Notes: generated by a model not told the origin, from the sequence alone. Positions 13,287 to 28,184 are shown, counted from the first letter of the stretch. The stretch: DNA of 64,000 nt from Octopus vulgaris (GCA_951406725.2 OX597831.1:35216001-35280000), one strand, 5' to 3'. Numbers and translations are program-made.

Positions 13287-14504
13287 GTGGTCCTTTGCAT
13301 ATACTTGCAACAAGGGAAGTTAAAAATTAGATGATGGTGTAAAACTCGGTAACATGTGTGTGCTACCACTTTGTAAATGAAACATTGTTTCTTTATTGCA
13401 GTACAATGATTGGTGCTTGATAAAGCATTCAGGCACTAATGATTACCATCTTGAAATGCTAAGCGACCAGATCACCAGAAAAGATTACATGGCTGTATCT
13501 TAAGTTAGAAACACAACACTCAAATCTAATCTTTGATCTTTTTTAGTAATTTTTTTTCCTATTTAATTATTTATTAAGGTGAGCCATTGAAAATATTAAT
13601 TATATGTACAAAGCTATTAAATTCATGAACACCATATTCAACATAATTAAGTCTTCAAGAACTGGATACAATGCTTGCTCAAAGTGGCTCTGCTAACAAT
13701 GAAAATATTACAAGCTATTCATTGCTGAAAATACGATGCAAATCAACTTCTGCCATTCTATTCAATCCCCAACTTAAACGTCTCCTGTATCTAGTCATAG
13801 GATTCCCACTTGCAGCTAGTTATGTACTCTAGGCAGCAGTGGTTATGACCATTTGTCTAGGTCCCAGTAAAATGATATGTTCAATGTGGAACCGTATGCT
13901 AAATGGAATGTAGATAAATCTACCAAACTTGCCTAAAGTAGAGTCCTTATGATTAAGTTCTCCCCCAAAAGTTTCAAATCTCAAATAAATTAAAGTCGAA
14001 ACCATTCTGTTATTGCCTTTTAAATTGCAACATTGAATATCTGTCAGGGCAACCTCAACAGTAACCATCTCACCGAGTTCCTTGAGCAGGAAGATGTACT
14101 AGACCACCTACAAAATATTAGGGCTTCATTTGATCATCTCACCTTCCAGTCATGTATATTCATAGTCATAGAGATGTGTGAGTGATGCAGTTTTGATAAA
14201 TTTATCCAGTGGCTTTATGGAGCTTCAATAGTCTGGCTCTGAAGAAAGCAACTAGCATTGAGACTCCATGTTAGCTAAGTCAGAAATAATATTTCATTTT
14301 CAATGTTTTCTTCATCTTCACTGACCACTTTGATAGAATAGAACCTACAAAAAGATTAATCAATGACAACAACACACATAGGTTCACTGTGTTTATTCTC
14401 CTTTACTTCAGTCATTAGACTGTGGCCATGTTGGAACTTTGTTTTCAAGAGTTATTTTATTAAATTCCTTTATTATATTTAAAATCAGTTGAAAGAAACG
14501 CAGA

Positions 14505-15405
14505 GCATCATCATCATCATCGTGTAACGTCCGTTTTCCATGCTGGCATGGGTTGGACAGTTCAACTGGGGTTTGGAAAGCCAGTCTGATCTGGCAATGT
14601 TCCTACAGCTGGGTGCCCTTCCTAATGCCAACCACTCTGGGAGTGTAGTGGGTGCTTTTTACGTACCACTGGCACAGGGGCCAGAGGGGACTGGCATCGA
14701 TCACAATCAGATGGTGCTTTTAACGTGCCACTGGCACGGGCCAGAGGAGGCTAGCATCGACCATGACCAGATGGTGCTTTTTGCATGCCACCAGCATAGG
14801 AGCCAGTCAAGACAGAGCTGACATCGGCCACGTTCAGATGGTGCATTTTATGTGTCACCAGCACAAAAGCAAGTCAGGGCGAGGGTGCTGGCATCAACAC
14901 GTTTGGATGGTGCTTTTCATGTGCCACCGGCATGGGGACCACAACTACAATTTCCATTTGATTGTGATTTGATTTCATTTGATGTTGATGTACTCGACTC
15001 AGTAGGTCTCCTCAAGTACGGCATGTAGCCTACGATCCAAGGGTACTTTTGAGGTGGCTGATTATACGACACTGGTGTAGGTTACAGCTGTGATCTCACT
15101 TTATTTGCTGAGTCTTCTCGGTCACAGAATATCTCCAGAGGTCTCTGTCTATTGTCATTTCCTCTGACACCCAATGTTTGTAGGTCATGCTTCACCATCT
15201 CATCCCATGCCTTCCTGGGTCTCTCTCTACCACAGATTCCTTCCACTGTTTGGGAGTGGCACTTCTTCACACAGCTCTCCTCATCCATCCGTAGTACATG
15301 ACTTTACCAACGCAAATGTCTCTCTTGCATGCCACATCCACTGTTTCTTGTGTCCAACATTTCTCTCAGGGCGCTTACACTCTGTCATGTGTGCCCACTG
15401 ACATT
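14505..15405 (-). mobile_element. Same RTE LINE family, 3' fragment
   Basis: ORF 15082-15288 (MDEESCVKKCHSQTVEG...) and 3'UTR match the 7990-9060 copy. Confidence 0.88.
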
Positions 15406-15880
15406 CTCAGCAGAAATATAGTAACAAAAGGGTTAAATTGTTTTAATATTAGTGTTTCCTACTAAGGTGGTGAGCTGGCAGAACTGGTAGCACCTCAGGC
15501 AAAATGCTTAGCAGTGTTTCATCTGTCATCATGTTGTGAGTTCAAATTCTACCAAGGTTGACTTTGCCGTTCTTCCTTTTAGGGTCGATAATGTAAGTAC
15601 TAGTTGAGCACCGGGAACGATGTAATCAGCTTACCCCTCCCTTCAAAATCCTGGCCCTGTGCCAAAATTTTGAAACTGTTATTAATTTTCACACTTGGAT
15701 GCTTAGGATAGGTTTTATTGGAGCAATTTGCTTTATCTTCTTTTTCTCTCCCTTTTTTACAGTTCAATGCCCTTATTACTAACCACTCAACCATGAAGTT
15801 GATATTTATTTATAAATTGTTTTGTGTGTTGTTTCTGTATCATTGCTAATGAATTTGTTATTTTTCTTTATCTTATGTAG

Positions 15881-15958
15881 GTTACGTTTGATCCAGAGTT
15901 GTTCTTCAATGTTCTTCTTCCTGTTATTATTTTCAATGCTGGATACAGTATGAAACGA
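15881..15958 (+). CDS. SLC9A6/7/9: NHE exon: [26 protein letters not shown]
   Basis: tatgtAG acceptor, GTaagt donor, 78 nt, phase 0-0. Confidence 0.95.
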
Positions 15959-16213
15959 GTAAGTACCATCGCTTATTTATTCATTCATTCATTCATTCAT
16001 TCATGTGTTTAGTTTGTCTTTTTTACTTGTTTCAGTCATTAGAATGCGACCATGCTGCAGCATCACCTTGAAGAGTTTTAGTTAAGCAGTCCCTTTTTTT
16101 TTTTTTTCAAACCTAGTCATTTATTCCGTTGGCCCCTTTTGTCAAACTGCCAAGTTACAGGGACATAAACTAAAACCAACACTGGTTGTCAAGCAGTGGT
16201 GTGAAACAAATAG

Positions 16214-16245
<32 letters not shown>

Positions 16246-16706
16246 TCATTAGCAAGCTGGCTAAAATGCTTAGTGGCATTTCATCCATCCTTAATGTTCT
16301 GTGTTCAAATTCCGCTGAGGTTGACTTTACTTTTCATCCTTTTGCAGTTGATGAAATAAGTGCCAGTTGTGCACTGAGGTTGATGTAATCAACTAGACCC
16401 CTCCCTACAAAATTTCAGGCCTTGTTCCTTTAGTAGAAAAGATTATTAGTTTATTATCTTTGCACAGCTTTTATCGCTGAAGATGTACTATGGTGTCAAC
16501 TGTTCACTACCAGTGAACTAGGGTAACACTTCCTTATTTTTCAAGCGCCATCCGGAGTATTCAAGCAGTTCCAAGCAGTGCTGTTTTCTGTAAATGCTCT
16601 ACCCTTATTGCAGCCCCTATTTGTTCCATGTAATTCTCAAGATTTTTACTCACTGTTCTCAGCTCTCCGGCAATTATTGGTACTACTACCACCTTTTTAT
16701 TTTTAC

Positions 16707-16747
<41 letters not shown>

Positions 16748-16787
16748 TGACATTCTCTTTTTCTTCTTCCTCATTGTAATTCTTCAG

Positions 16788-16864
16788 AAACATTTTTTTC
16801 GGAATCTTGGTGCAGTTATGACTTATGCTTTAATTGGTACCACAATATCCAGTATAGTATTTGG
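16788..16864 (+). CDS. SLC9A6/7/9: NHE exon: KHFFRNLGAVMTYALIGTTISSIVF(G)
   Basis: ttcttcAG acceptor, GTaagc donor, 77 nt. Confidence 0.95.
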
Positions 16865-19800
16865 GTAAGCTTCTGTCTTTTTCGCTGATTAAAATATCAT
16901 TTATTTGTGATTAATTACATACTTAGATACTTAAATATGTTCTAGGCCACTTTTGTCTCATTAATCAAATAAAAGTTTAAAATGCAATCTTTTATTGAAA
17001 ATTCATCTTTAACAGTATTTAACAAAAATTTTTCCCATATGTATATAATGTAAATGGACCTCTAACAACTTTTAGCTATTATACATACATACATCATCAT
17101 TATTATTTAATTTCCATTTTTCCATGCTGGTATGGGTTGGATGGTTTGTCCAGAGCTAGTAAGCCGCAGAGTTGTATATATATATATATTATATATATAT
17201 CATCATTTAATGTCCACTTTCCATGCTGGCATGGGTTGGACGGTTTGACTGGAGGCTGGCAAGCCAGAAGACTGTATCAAGCCCCAATCCAATCTGGCAA
17301 AGTTTCTACAGCTGGATGCCCTTCCTAACGCCAACCACTCCGAGAGTGTGGTGGGTGCTTTTTACGTGCCACTGGCATATATATATCATCATCATCAATT
17401 AACGTTTGTTGTCCATGCTGCCATGGTTTGGATGGTACGCCCAGAGGTGGCAAGCTAGGCAGGCTGTACCAGACTCCAGTCTGATTTGGCTTTGTCTCTA
17501 CATCTGGATGCCCTTCCTAATGCCAACCACTTTACAGAGTATGCTGGGTGCTTTTACATGGTGCCGCATAGGCACTAGGTTCCACACACATAGCTACACA
17601 TACGTGTATACTTACACAAACACACACACCATGCTTGTGTGTGTGTAGTTAAGAAGTTTGCTTCCCAACCACATGTCTTCCATTTCCATCCCACTGCTTG
17701 ATATCTTGAGCAAGTGTCATAGGTTTTCATGCATCGAAGCATATAATATAGGTCCATCTTTGCATATATGACTCAAGGTGATATTTTAAGATTTTTTTGA
17801 AACTATTTGCATCTTATATGTCATCAAACACAGCATATACATTATGAGTCATACACACACACACACACACACGTATACACACACTATATAATTCCAACTA
17901 TTGAACTACCTGTTAATTATACAGAGGCCCCCTTTCTCCTTGCCTTAATTTTGCTTTGGCCTTCTTTTAAGAGAAGGATCGAAATTCCAAATTCATTAGT
18001 GGACCATAAAAATAATGAATTTGTTAATTGCCATACGATGTTACTCCGAAACAAAATATGCAATATGCAAAACCCACTCTGTTGGTTTCACATGCTGGAA
18101 GTGTTTCAATTGAAAAATAACTAATGCAATTTAAAATTCTCCTCCATTTGGCCAAGATTGTCTCTTTGATGTTGGTTTGGTGTCTGATGCACAAATCATG
18201 TCACTCAGTAAAGCCATTGTACCGGCTGCGTTTTGACAATTTACATTCACTGTGTCCTCAAAGCAATCCGCAGTGCCTAAAGGCATGTACCTGCACATGT
18301 AACAATATAGTTATTGAAACAAAGTTCTAAAATTCATCAGCCTGCCTTCTATTTTGTCATCCGGCACCAATGCAGTTCAAAGTTTTTACACAGAGTATGG
18401 TGAAACATTTCTGTTCCTGTTTTCCTCTGATCTTCAATATTTCACAAGTAATTTTCTTTAATGTCCAACCCTGCTTCAGCCATACAGTTTAATCCTTTCA
18501 TTACCATATCTCTGCTGAAATATCCTGCCTTTGTTTCAATTAGTGTTGAAAATAATAAAGAATTTAGTAAAATTTGAGATTTTGGAATTTACAAAATTTT
18601 TATGGAGAGTTCTTAACTTAGATCAATTTAAAGCAGGAAGCTTAGATCATAGATCTTGGAGCGGTTTTGTGCAGATTAGCATCACCATTTAATGCCTCTT
18701 CTTCCATGCTGGCATGGGTTGGATGTTTTGAAAGTGTGACAGGATCTGATGGCCCAAGGACCATATAATGCTTCAGTGCCTGTTCTGGCATGGTTTCTAT
18801 ATCTCATGCCTTACATAATGCCAAGTACTTTACAGCATGCTTTTTTTTTTTAATTCAATGACACTAGAGAGGTTGGCATGCAGCTTTCAAGATGTGAAAA
18901 TCTTGAGGAGCAGGGGTTGACATAATTTATGTAAGGAGGTGATGAGGTTAGAATATCAAAAGGATAGCATGTTGAGCAAAAAACCTTAGCAACATTTCAT
19001 TCATCCTCACATCCTGAGTTCAAATTCCACCAAGGTTTACTTTGCCTTTCATCCTTTTGGGGTCAACATAATAAGTACCTGTTGGACACTGAGGTCAATC
19101 TAATCAACTTATGGCATCTCTTGAAGTTGCTGGTTTTGTGCCAAAATTTGAAATAAATTTTTTTTACAGCATGCTAAGGTATTTCTGCCTTGAATTTCAC
19201 TCAGTAGGGTTTCTGTTTCCTCCTCAGTGATATTATTATTGAGATTGATTTAAAGTCTATAAACTGACAAAGAACAGCAGTTGTATTTTTATTGACTAAT
19301 GATCAATGCAAGCTTAAAGCATAACGATTAATTACATCATCTTTTCATTGCATCTGAATTACTATAGTTAATGTTAAATTAACTTATCAGACAATCATTA
19401 CAAATATATTGATGCATGGTTACATCACTTATTGATGCATGGCTACACCAACTAATCGTTGGAATTTTTTTCTTTTCTTTATCTTTTTCTTTTTTTTTTT
19501 TTTCGTTGGGTGCTGGGGATTTGAAATGATACTGTTTGTATGTCCATTGCTTGCATTATTTGGTAACATCAAATGCTGATCCAAAAAAGAATCTGCGTTT
19601 GTTTAGATTAGCAGATAATGGAATATAGTGGGTTGTGAAGTGGGTAGAAACAAAAAATAAGGAAATAATAAATAAATATGAAAACAAAGGAAACTGATTG
19701 GAACATTCAAATATTTATTTTAGTATTTATCTGACTATTTTCCTTCTAACAAATCATGGATCATGGATCACCACTTACATGGTTCTAATTCCTGTTCAAA

Positions 19801-20008
19801 GTTGGATGCTTAAATACAGTAGATGAAAGACAAAATGCCTATTAATGTTATTACGTATTTTCTGCAAGAAAGAATATTAAAATAAGAAATGAAATATTAA
19901 TTTTCTGTATCAATGGACATGGGTGCATCATTAAGAAGTTCACTTCCCAACCATGTGGTTTTCAGTTCAGACCCACCATATGGCACATTGGATAATCGTC
20001 CTCTAGTT

Positions 20009-21362
20009 CATGACAATCAGCTGAAAAGTTCACAGGCTGACCAAGATACTCTCATAGAAGTTGACTAAATGAGGTTTATATTCCAGCACCGTCCCCCTTG
20101 AGGTCCATGCACTTCTTCTATTGGTGATGCAGTGTTTGGATCCCCTTGGTGAAGAAGCTTCCATCCTGCTGGTTAAAAAAAAAAAGTCACCAACATCAGA
20201 TATGATGTCATTATCAATGTGGTATTAGTTCCCAGCCAAATGTTTTATTCGTGTTGGGGAACGGGAATTAGTCAGATGATGTTAAATCAGGAGAATTGGT
20301 TGGGTGATTAACCAGTTCAAAGCTACAGTCATGCACAACAACCATTGAAAAGAAGGACTTGTGTGCTGAAGCATTGTCCTGATGAAACAAGACCCCTTTC
20401 ATTAGTTTTCCTGGACGTTTGGTCTTGATAGCCTTTCATAACTGCCTCAGCAAGTTGGCATAGTACTCTCCTTTGATGGTGTGGGTCTTTTAAAGATAGT
20501 CAATAAACACAATGTCTTTTGCAGCCCTCAAAACTAAAACTATCGCCTTCCTGGCAGATAAAACGACCATGGCCTTCTTTGGAGTAGATAAGGAGCGGTG
20601 TTTCCTCTGCATGGATCATCTCTTTGTCTCTGGCTCAAAATGATGAATCCGACATTCATTCTGGATCAGGAAACATTCAAGGGAACTGGCTAGGTTTGCC
20701 TCAAACAATGTGAGGCAGACTTGTGCACTTTAGATCAGGTGTCAGAAGACATAGCACTCACCAAGCAGAAATCTTCATCATACCAACTTCATTGAGTAGA
20801 ATATTCTTTTCTACTCTAGGCACAAGGTCCGAAATTTTTGGGGAGGGGGGCCAGTCGATTAAAATTTTCCCCAGTATACAACTGGTACTTAATTTATTGA
20901 CCCCCAAAAGGATGAAAGGCAAAGTCGACCTCGGCAGAATTTGATTGTGTAGAATAACCTCAAATCTCTCACAGGATATGTTAGGAGCATTGACTGTTTG
21001 ATTTATAGTCATTTGCCTATCATCCGTCACCATGTGCTGAACACAATCAATATTCTCTTTGGTAGTGGCAGTTGCAGGACATCCAGACCTTGGGTCATTG
21101 TCAAGACTCACCCTTCGCCTCCTAGATTCTGCTGCCCTCCTTCGCATACTTGGTAAAGCTGGAGTTTCTTCCTCCAATGTAGCAACCATGTCAGTATGAA
21201 TGTCCTTGGGTACTTGACACCTGTCCTGCACGTATTTGATAATACAGGAAAGAAACAATGCAGTTATTAACAAGAAGAGTTGGAATCATTGCATGCAAAA
21301 TGTCACAGCTCTAGCATCACTCCTTCATGGTCAGCCAATGAACTTTGCAGCCTGTCCTCATA
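20009..21362 (-). mobile_element. Decayed full-length mariner (Tc1/mariner) transposon, interrupted by SINE B (about 20800-20942)
   Basis: TIRs ...CTGAAAAGTTCACAGGCTGACC / GGTCAGCCAATGAACTTTGCAG...; transposase remnants SLDNDPRSGCP, LFHQDNASAHK, HPTNSPDLTSSD, KCMDLKGD. Confidence 0.88.
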
Positions 21363-21590
21363 TGTATGCTTGTGTGTATTCTTTTATTGATATTAATCAT
21401 TCAACTACAACCAAGCTGGGGCACTGTTTTCAAGGGTTTATTTATTCATATTAACCCCAGCACTTATTTCAGTTTAGCAGTTATTTTGATCCATCTCTAT
21501 TTGGTGAACCACTAGGTAACGGCACAAAGGGACACAACATAGATGTACATGCACACAAGGCCCACTCAGACAGACACATATATAATAATA

Positions 21591-22028
21591 CAGTAATCCT
21601 TCGCCATACCATGGTTCACTTATTGTGGTTCACCTATCATGGTTCACCTATCGCGGTTCACATATTTTGGTTTATTATTTAAGCTTATGTCGATTCCTCC
21701 ATGGTGTTGTTTTGTATTTATAATAAAATAAATATATCATCATCATCATCTTCGTTTAGCATCCGCTTTCCATGCTTGCATGGGTTGGACGGTTCAACTG
21801 GGGTCTGGGAAGCCAGAAGGCTGCACCAGGCCCAGTCTGATCTGGCAATGTTTCTACGGCTGGATGCCCTTCCTAACGCCAACCACTCCGTGAGTGTAGT
21901 GGGTGCTATACAAATTGTAAAAATAATTAAACAAAATATACAGTACAGTACTGTTTCAACTTCACGGATTTTCACCTACTGCGGTGGGGTTTTGGAACAT
22001 AACACCTGTGATAGTCAAGGGGTTACTG
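21591..22028. mobile_element. pogo/Tigger-like MITE with TA TSD, containing an RTE tail insertion
   Basis: TA-CAGTAATCCTTCG ... CAAGGGGTTACTG-TA; internal (TGGTTCACCTATC)-like x4. Confidence 0.7.
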
Positions 22029-25000
22029 TATATTTATTTGTTTGTGTGTGTGTGTCTACACCCACATATGTAGATTCACAGGTGATGGGGTTCTGCTCAG
22101 ATTATGTCTGTGAAATACTGCAAAATTTAAATTATCAAATAAAAACCTTACAGCTACATTCGGTTTCCCAGGTAATGTACGTACAATTATAACAGCAACA
22201 ACGATGATGACATCAGAACATAAAATTTCCATGGAAGCTAAAGAAACATACAAATGTTTCTAATAGCTTCAGGGGCCTCAGTATGATGGATATATTACAG
22301 CCATGGAATGTAATAACTGATAAAACTATTTGATATGAATTTTCAAGACCTCAACAAGGATTCTACTTTTGCCAGCTGCCAAGCTTGCCATTTGCTCTTA
22401 CTCTCGTTTCATGTTGCAAGCAGCATCACATCTGAGACTAAAGTAGCAGCTGGCTCTGGCAGATTTCCCATCGTAATCTCAACAGCAAAACAGTTTCTCT
22501 GAATGTTTGGGGTTGATTAAATAAGTACCAGTTACGCACTGGGGTCGATCTAATTGACTGGTCCTCTCCCCCAAAATTTCAGGCCTCGTGCCTATAGCAG
22601 AATGGGTTATTGTTGGATTTTTTTTTTTTTTTAAACTTCATAAGCCATTTCGATTTTTCTGACAGATATTCAATATTTTCAAGAATGTAAAGCAATTTTT
22701 GAACTTGAAAAAGTTCTTGATTTCTCTGTGGAATAAATATTTCCATGTTGAAATTTCAAGAATTTTTCTCGGAGACTGGAATTTTTTTTTTTTTTTTTTT
22801 TCATTTCTAGTGCAATAATCTTGATTATTGCAACTTTACTGTGACTATTCAAGAATGATAATTGAGACAGTTTGAAACTACTTCACAGGAATTAGCATAA
22901 TCTATATATAACCTGAAAGATCTTTACCATATTTTTATGATGGAAATATTCAAACTTGAGCTAAGTAAAATAGCTTCTGCTTCAGCCAAGGGTCTGTCTG
23001 TTCGCCAAGTGTTCTCAGGAAAACCGATATTGGTCTGTACTTTTATCCTTTTGCTGGTTTCAGTCTTTGAACTGTGGCCATACTGGGGCACTGTCTTTTA
23101 GTGCCTCAGTCAGTCTTATTAAACCCAGCTCTTATTTCAGTGTGACACTCATTTTATTTATTTATTTTAATGGTTAATTCCTTTTTAATTAAAAAGGAAT
23201 GCAACTCAACACATCAATTTAACACCAGTATATTCAAATATCTCCTCAGACACGGACATACACACACATACACAATAAATGAGTATGTCTAAACATAGTA
23301 AATGTGTGTGTGTGTATATATATATATATATTTATATGTATATACATAGTAAATATGTGTGTGTACATGTATTATGATTATATATATGTATATACACACG
23401 CACACTCATTTATCTACAATTGTCTTCTAACAATTTTCCATCACACAGCATTTGTTAGCTCTAGGTTTCGGTGGAATTGAACCTGGAACCATGTGCCCGC
23501 AAGGCAAACTTTTTAATTACACTGCCACATTGGCTCTTATAGACTTCCTGCTCCCCTCAATATATGCTGGTCATGTTCAAAGTGCCATGCATTGGAACCA
23601 AACTCCGAGACACATGTTTGGAACCAAACATAGAGACAGAAGTGAACTTCTTAACCATGTTTTAAATATAACCAGACGTCCTTGCACTTGTGAACCACAC
23701 AACAACAGTCTCTCAGGAATATCATAGAACCAAACAATACAAATGATACGTTGTCAGCTTTGATATGTTTTTTTATCTTGGTGAACGCATACAAACATGT
23801 GTGGACACACAGACACCGACAGAAGTCACAGTGAATAAAATGAACAATTGTTTTCTTTTACATACATAGAGGCATTCACCAGGATTTAGTATAGCATCTA
23901 CCTTGACTAAGTTTATATCACGGATGCTTGCTATATTAAGGATGTTGCTCCTGGTCCCTATCATTGGGCAGAGACCATAACAAAGGAAACCAGCCAGCTT
24001 TATTGTTGTGTATATCTTACAGTGTGGACTAGGTGCATTTTATCATGCCACTTGCACTAGAGAGGTTGTTATGTAAAAACTAGCACTCCATTGATTACAA
24101 CAATGAGAATTCCAGTTAATCCAATTAATGGAACAGCCTGCTCATAAAATTAACATGCAAGTGACTGAGTACTCTACAGACATGCGGACCCTTAATGTAG
24201 TTCTCAGGGAGATTCAGCGAGACGCAGAATGTGACATGGCTGGCCCCCTTGAAATACAGGTACAACTCATTTTTGCCAGCTGAGTGGACTGGAGCAACAT
24301 GAAATAAAGTGTCTTGCTCAAGGACATAACTTGCCCCTTCACTGTTGTGTATGGTATTACTAAAGGGTCTTTTCTACTATATGTTGGTTCTTCTACAATG
24401 TTACTGCCCTTCCAGGTGCATAGCTGGCACTGCAGTTTACGGAATCCATGTGTTGTTGAACATTGGTCAGACAACTGGGTGTCTTCCTTGTCACTTTACA
24501 GATTATACTGGGTACATTATTTATCTATTTTTTTTTTTAATCATGTCACTAACTCTAGAGAGGTTATCTCATGCTAGGAGAACTAAAGAGTTTTCCTGTT
24601 CTTCATTCTGGGGCCCTTTCCTGTCCATGCCCCATTTTGATGTTTTATCAATGTGAGATGTGTGGGAAAGCCACCAGAGATCTCTTTACTCTGTAGCGCT
24701 TCCCATATGGAGTTACTGCCCTCTTAGGCCAGTGGAACCTGTTGGATTGATTGTGCTTGTAATTCAAAAGGTCAGGTTTCTCAGACTGTGCCATGCTCAT
24801 TCTGCTTGAAGATTTCATCAATGCTACACAGGACTGTGGAATACTCAACCACTTTTACTGTAATTTAGAGATTAGGCAATTCAATTTGTCAAACAACTAA
24901 AATACTCATTGCAATTTTTATTTGATCTTGTGTGCATGTGTGTGTGTTCACATACATACATACTTGCATCACTGTGTATGTGTATGTACACATACATATA

Positions 25001-25373
25001 TATATATATATACATACACACACACATCACTACATATTCATGTGTATATGTGTGTATTATGTATATGTATGTATGTATGTATGTATATGTGTGTGTGCTT
25101 GTATATGTATATATATGTATATATTTGCTTATAAATGTACGTACATGAATACACAAGAGAATTAGGTTTAGGTTTGCAGCCAGAGAGAAAAGAAAATCTC
25201 ATTAAAACATATATATATATATATATATATATAATTGTTTTTCTTGTTGCTTTCAGTATAATTGTTAATTTAATTTTCATAAAAAGAAGGAAAGAGAAAA
25301 ACAAAGCTGCTATTCATGATGCTTCAAATTGTTATTTTTTCCCTTATCTAATAATTCTTCTTTACATCTCCAG

Positions 25374-25474
25374 TGGTATCATGTATGGCCTGACCAGAAT
25401 AATGAACATATCGCATCTAATCCAGTTGACTGATTGTTTCTTTTTCGGTGCTGTGATATCAGCAACAGACCCTG
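25374..25474 (+). CDS. SLC9A6/7/9: NHE exon: GIMYGLTRIMNISHLIQLTDCFFFGAVISATDP
   Basis: ctccAG acceptor, GTaagt donor, 101 nt; ATDP motif. Confidence 0.95.
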
Positions 25475-25643
25475 GTAAGTATTGTGAGATTTATGCTATC
25501 AATTTATCAAATATGGATCACTCTGTTTAACTACACAGTGCTAAACATTGGCTTATGGTTATGTCTGTGTGCATATATGTGTGAGTGTGTGAATATTTAT
25601 TTGTGCGTATATATGTGTGTGTGTGTGCAGGGTATGTATATAT

Positions 25644-25699
<56 letters not shown>

Positions 25700-25849
25700 A
25701 CACACATAAATACATACATGCACACACATACATGTGTGTGTTTGTATTTATTCATATATATGTACATATATGTGTTTGTATGTGTATATATATATTATAT
25801 ATATATATATACATGCATATATCTATTTGTGTGTGTGTGTGTCTATATA

Positions 25850-25888
<39 letters not shown>

Positions 25889-27677
25889 CTGTTTGTCCCC
25901 CTAGCAATGCTTGACAACCGATGCTGGTGTGTTTACATCCCCGTCACTTAGCGGTTTGGGAAAAGAGACTGATAGAATAAGTACTGGGCTTACAAAGAAT
26001 AAGTCCCGGGGTCGATTTGCTCGACTAAAGGTGGTGCTCCAGCATGGCCGCAGTCAAATGACTGAAACAAGTAAAAGAGTAAAAAAGAGTATATATATAT
26101 ATATATCTGTATGCATGCATATATCTATGCATGTATGTATATGTGTGTATGTATGTATCTGTGTATGCATATGTGTGTCTATGTGCACGTACGTGTCTGT
26201 GTGTGTGTATGTGTATACTTATGAGTGTTGTGATAATGTGTATTTCCAAGCAGTTTTTGTCTTCCTGTTTTTCTCCCAAAGTATTGTTTGGTCTGAATTT
26301 ATAACAGAAGAAACTTGCCCATGCCAACATATATTTTTATCTTATTTCTAAATTCAAACATATACATACATATGTATGGGTATGTACGTGTATGCATGTA
26401 TACATAAAAGACTTTTTCTATTCCTGAGCGTTATACTAATACATCTGTTTGTTTTGTACACCACCTGTCTTCGTCTTTTGTTTTTTACGTAAACTCTCTT
26501 ATATATATATATATATATATATACACATACACATATGTATGCCTATATGTGTATATATATATATGTGTGTGTGTATATATATATATTTATACATATATAT
26601 ATGTATATACATATGTATGCCTATATGTGTATATATATATATTTATACACACACATATAGGCATACATATGTATATACATATATATGTGTATATGTGTGT
26701 GTGTGTATATATATATATGTATATGTATGTATATATGTATAGATGTATATATGTATGTATATATTTATATATGTATGTATCCCTATTTTTACATCTATGT
26801 TAAATATGAACACAAGTAAATCAATGCTGATAAAAATGGAAGAAGGTAATCTTCCTTCTTTCAGTGTTGTTTCTCAGTTGGCACTGGTTAGGTGGGTATG
26901 TAAATGAAACGGAATAAATGAGTGGATGAATATTTACTTTAACACAAGAATCTGGTGTGGAAGACTCAACTTGAATTTGTGAATTCAATTCAATTAGCAT
27001 TCTTCTCCACCCCACCATTCAATTTTTGAAAGAATTCTATTTTATCATGCTTCAAATTATAATTTTCCACATCTAGTAATTGTTATTTCTGACCACTGTT
27101 CCCTCGCTAGTTCTGTTCAATGTGGTTCTAGGCTTAACTCTTTAGCATTTAATCCAACCATGTCCAGCCCAAATATTCTACCTGTTTTATATTCAGACGG
27201 GTCATGTCCAGTTTCTCACACCTACCCTACAATGTCATTGTGAAAATAATCATGAGACCAAAATCTCAAACCTGCTGGATAATGTATGATTAATTCAAAA
27301 CATTGTGAATAAATAAACATTACATTTGACGGAGTAATCTCAATGCTAAAGAGTTGGGCATTTGCTCAGTTTCTTCTTTGCCCTTTGGCTGCTTTTAAAA
27401 ATGTCAGGTTTGTGTCCGTCTAACAGTCTGAAGCCAATATTCTTCCATCATGGCAGCAAGCCTAAGCCACCGTCAATAGCTTCTCAGGTTTTATAAAGCA
27501 TCAGCATTTTCAGTACTCTTATGGAGAGTAAAGAAACTGAATTTATTTGAAATAAGGGTAAGAACAAAACGAAAGACAGCCCCCGCACTCTACCAGTGTT
27601 CCAGTGTACAAATGTTATTTGTCAATGATAAAAATATTTGTCAGTAATAATGATAGTAGATATTGTTTATTTAATGA

Positions 27678-27725
27678 TTTGAACTACATATTTCTGACAG
27701 TTCGTCTGTCTTCTTCAAGTTCAAA
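27678..27725 (-). ncRNA. Degenerate hammerhead motif (TTGAAC family)
   Basis: TTTGAAC-TTGAAGA-A-GACAG-ACGAA-CTGTC-A-GAAA-TATG-TA-GTTCAAA; C3>U. Confidence 0.5.
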
Positions 27726-27930
27726 TGAAAATGAAAAGAACTGTAGAAACACAGAAATTCAAACTATCAATGAGGCCATTTTTATGTCATGAATTTCCAT
27801 GTCGTACACATACAGTTGTGATGCATGTGCCTGGTATGCCCTTATCAGTTGGGTAGTCATGAAGGATATGTTGGATTTCATATATTTGTACCTCAGCGTC
27901 ACTTTGATGGCACGCACTGTTCTCTAAATC

Positions 27931-27981
<51 letters not shown>

Positions 27982-28184
27982 CTCAAAAGTGAATGTGGTA
28001 CCTATTGTGATCAGTGCACTTGGAACCATCTCAAAAATGAACAATATTCTGGTATTAAAAGCTGCAAATACCAAATTTCTTAGGAATTTTTCAGATGTCT
28101 GAAATATTTGGAACAGCTCATGTGTTGAAGAAAGTGTTGAATTTCTAAGCTGCGGGACAGAGCTGGATGATGAATAATAATAAT

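Noticed and set aside
13390-13505. Possible upstream NHE exon after ttattgcAG
   Set aside because: No frame resembles the family's N-terminal segment and no clear in-frame donor was found.
14640-14940. CRISPR-like repeat-spacer pattern
   Set aside because: The repeats are degenerate, the linkers are related to each other, it is part of an RTE 3'UTR in a eukaryotic intron, and there are no cas genes.
20758-21273. 171-aa ORF as an active transposase
   Set aside because: It is a chimera of a mariner N-terminus and an inserted SINE, and the catalytic region has stops and frameshifts.
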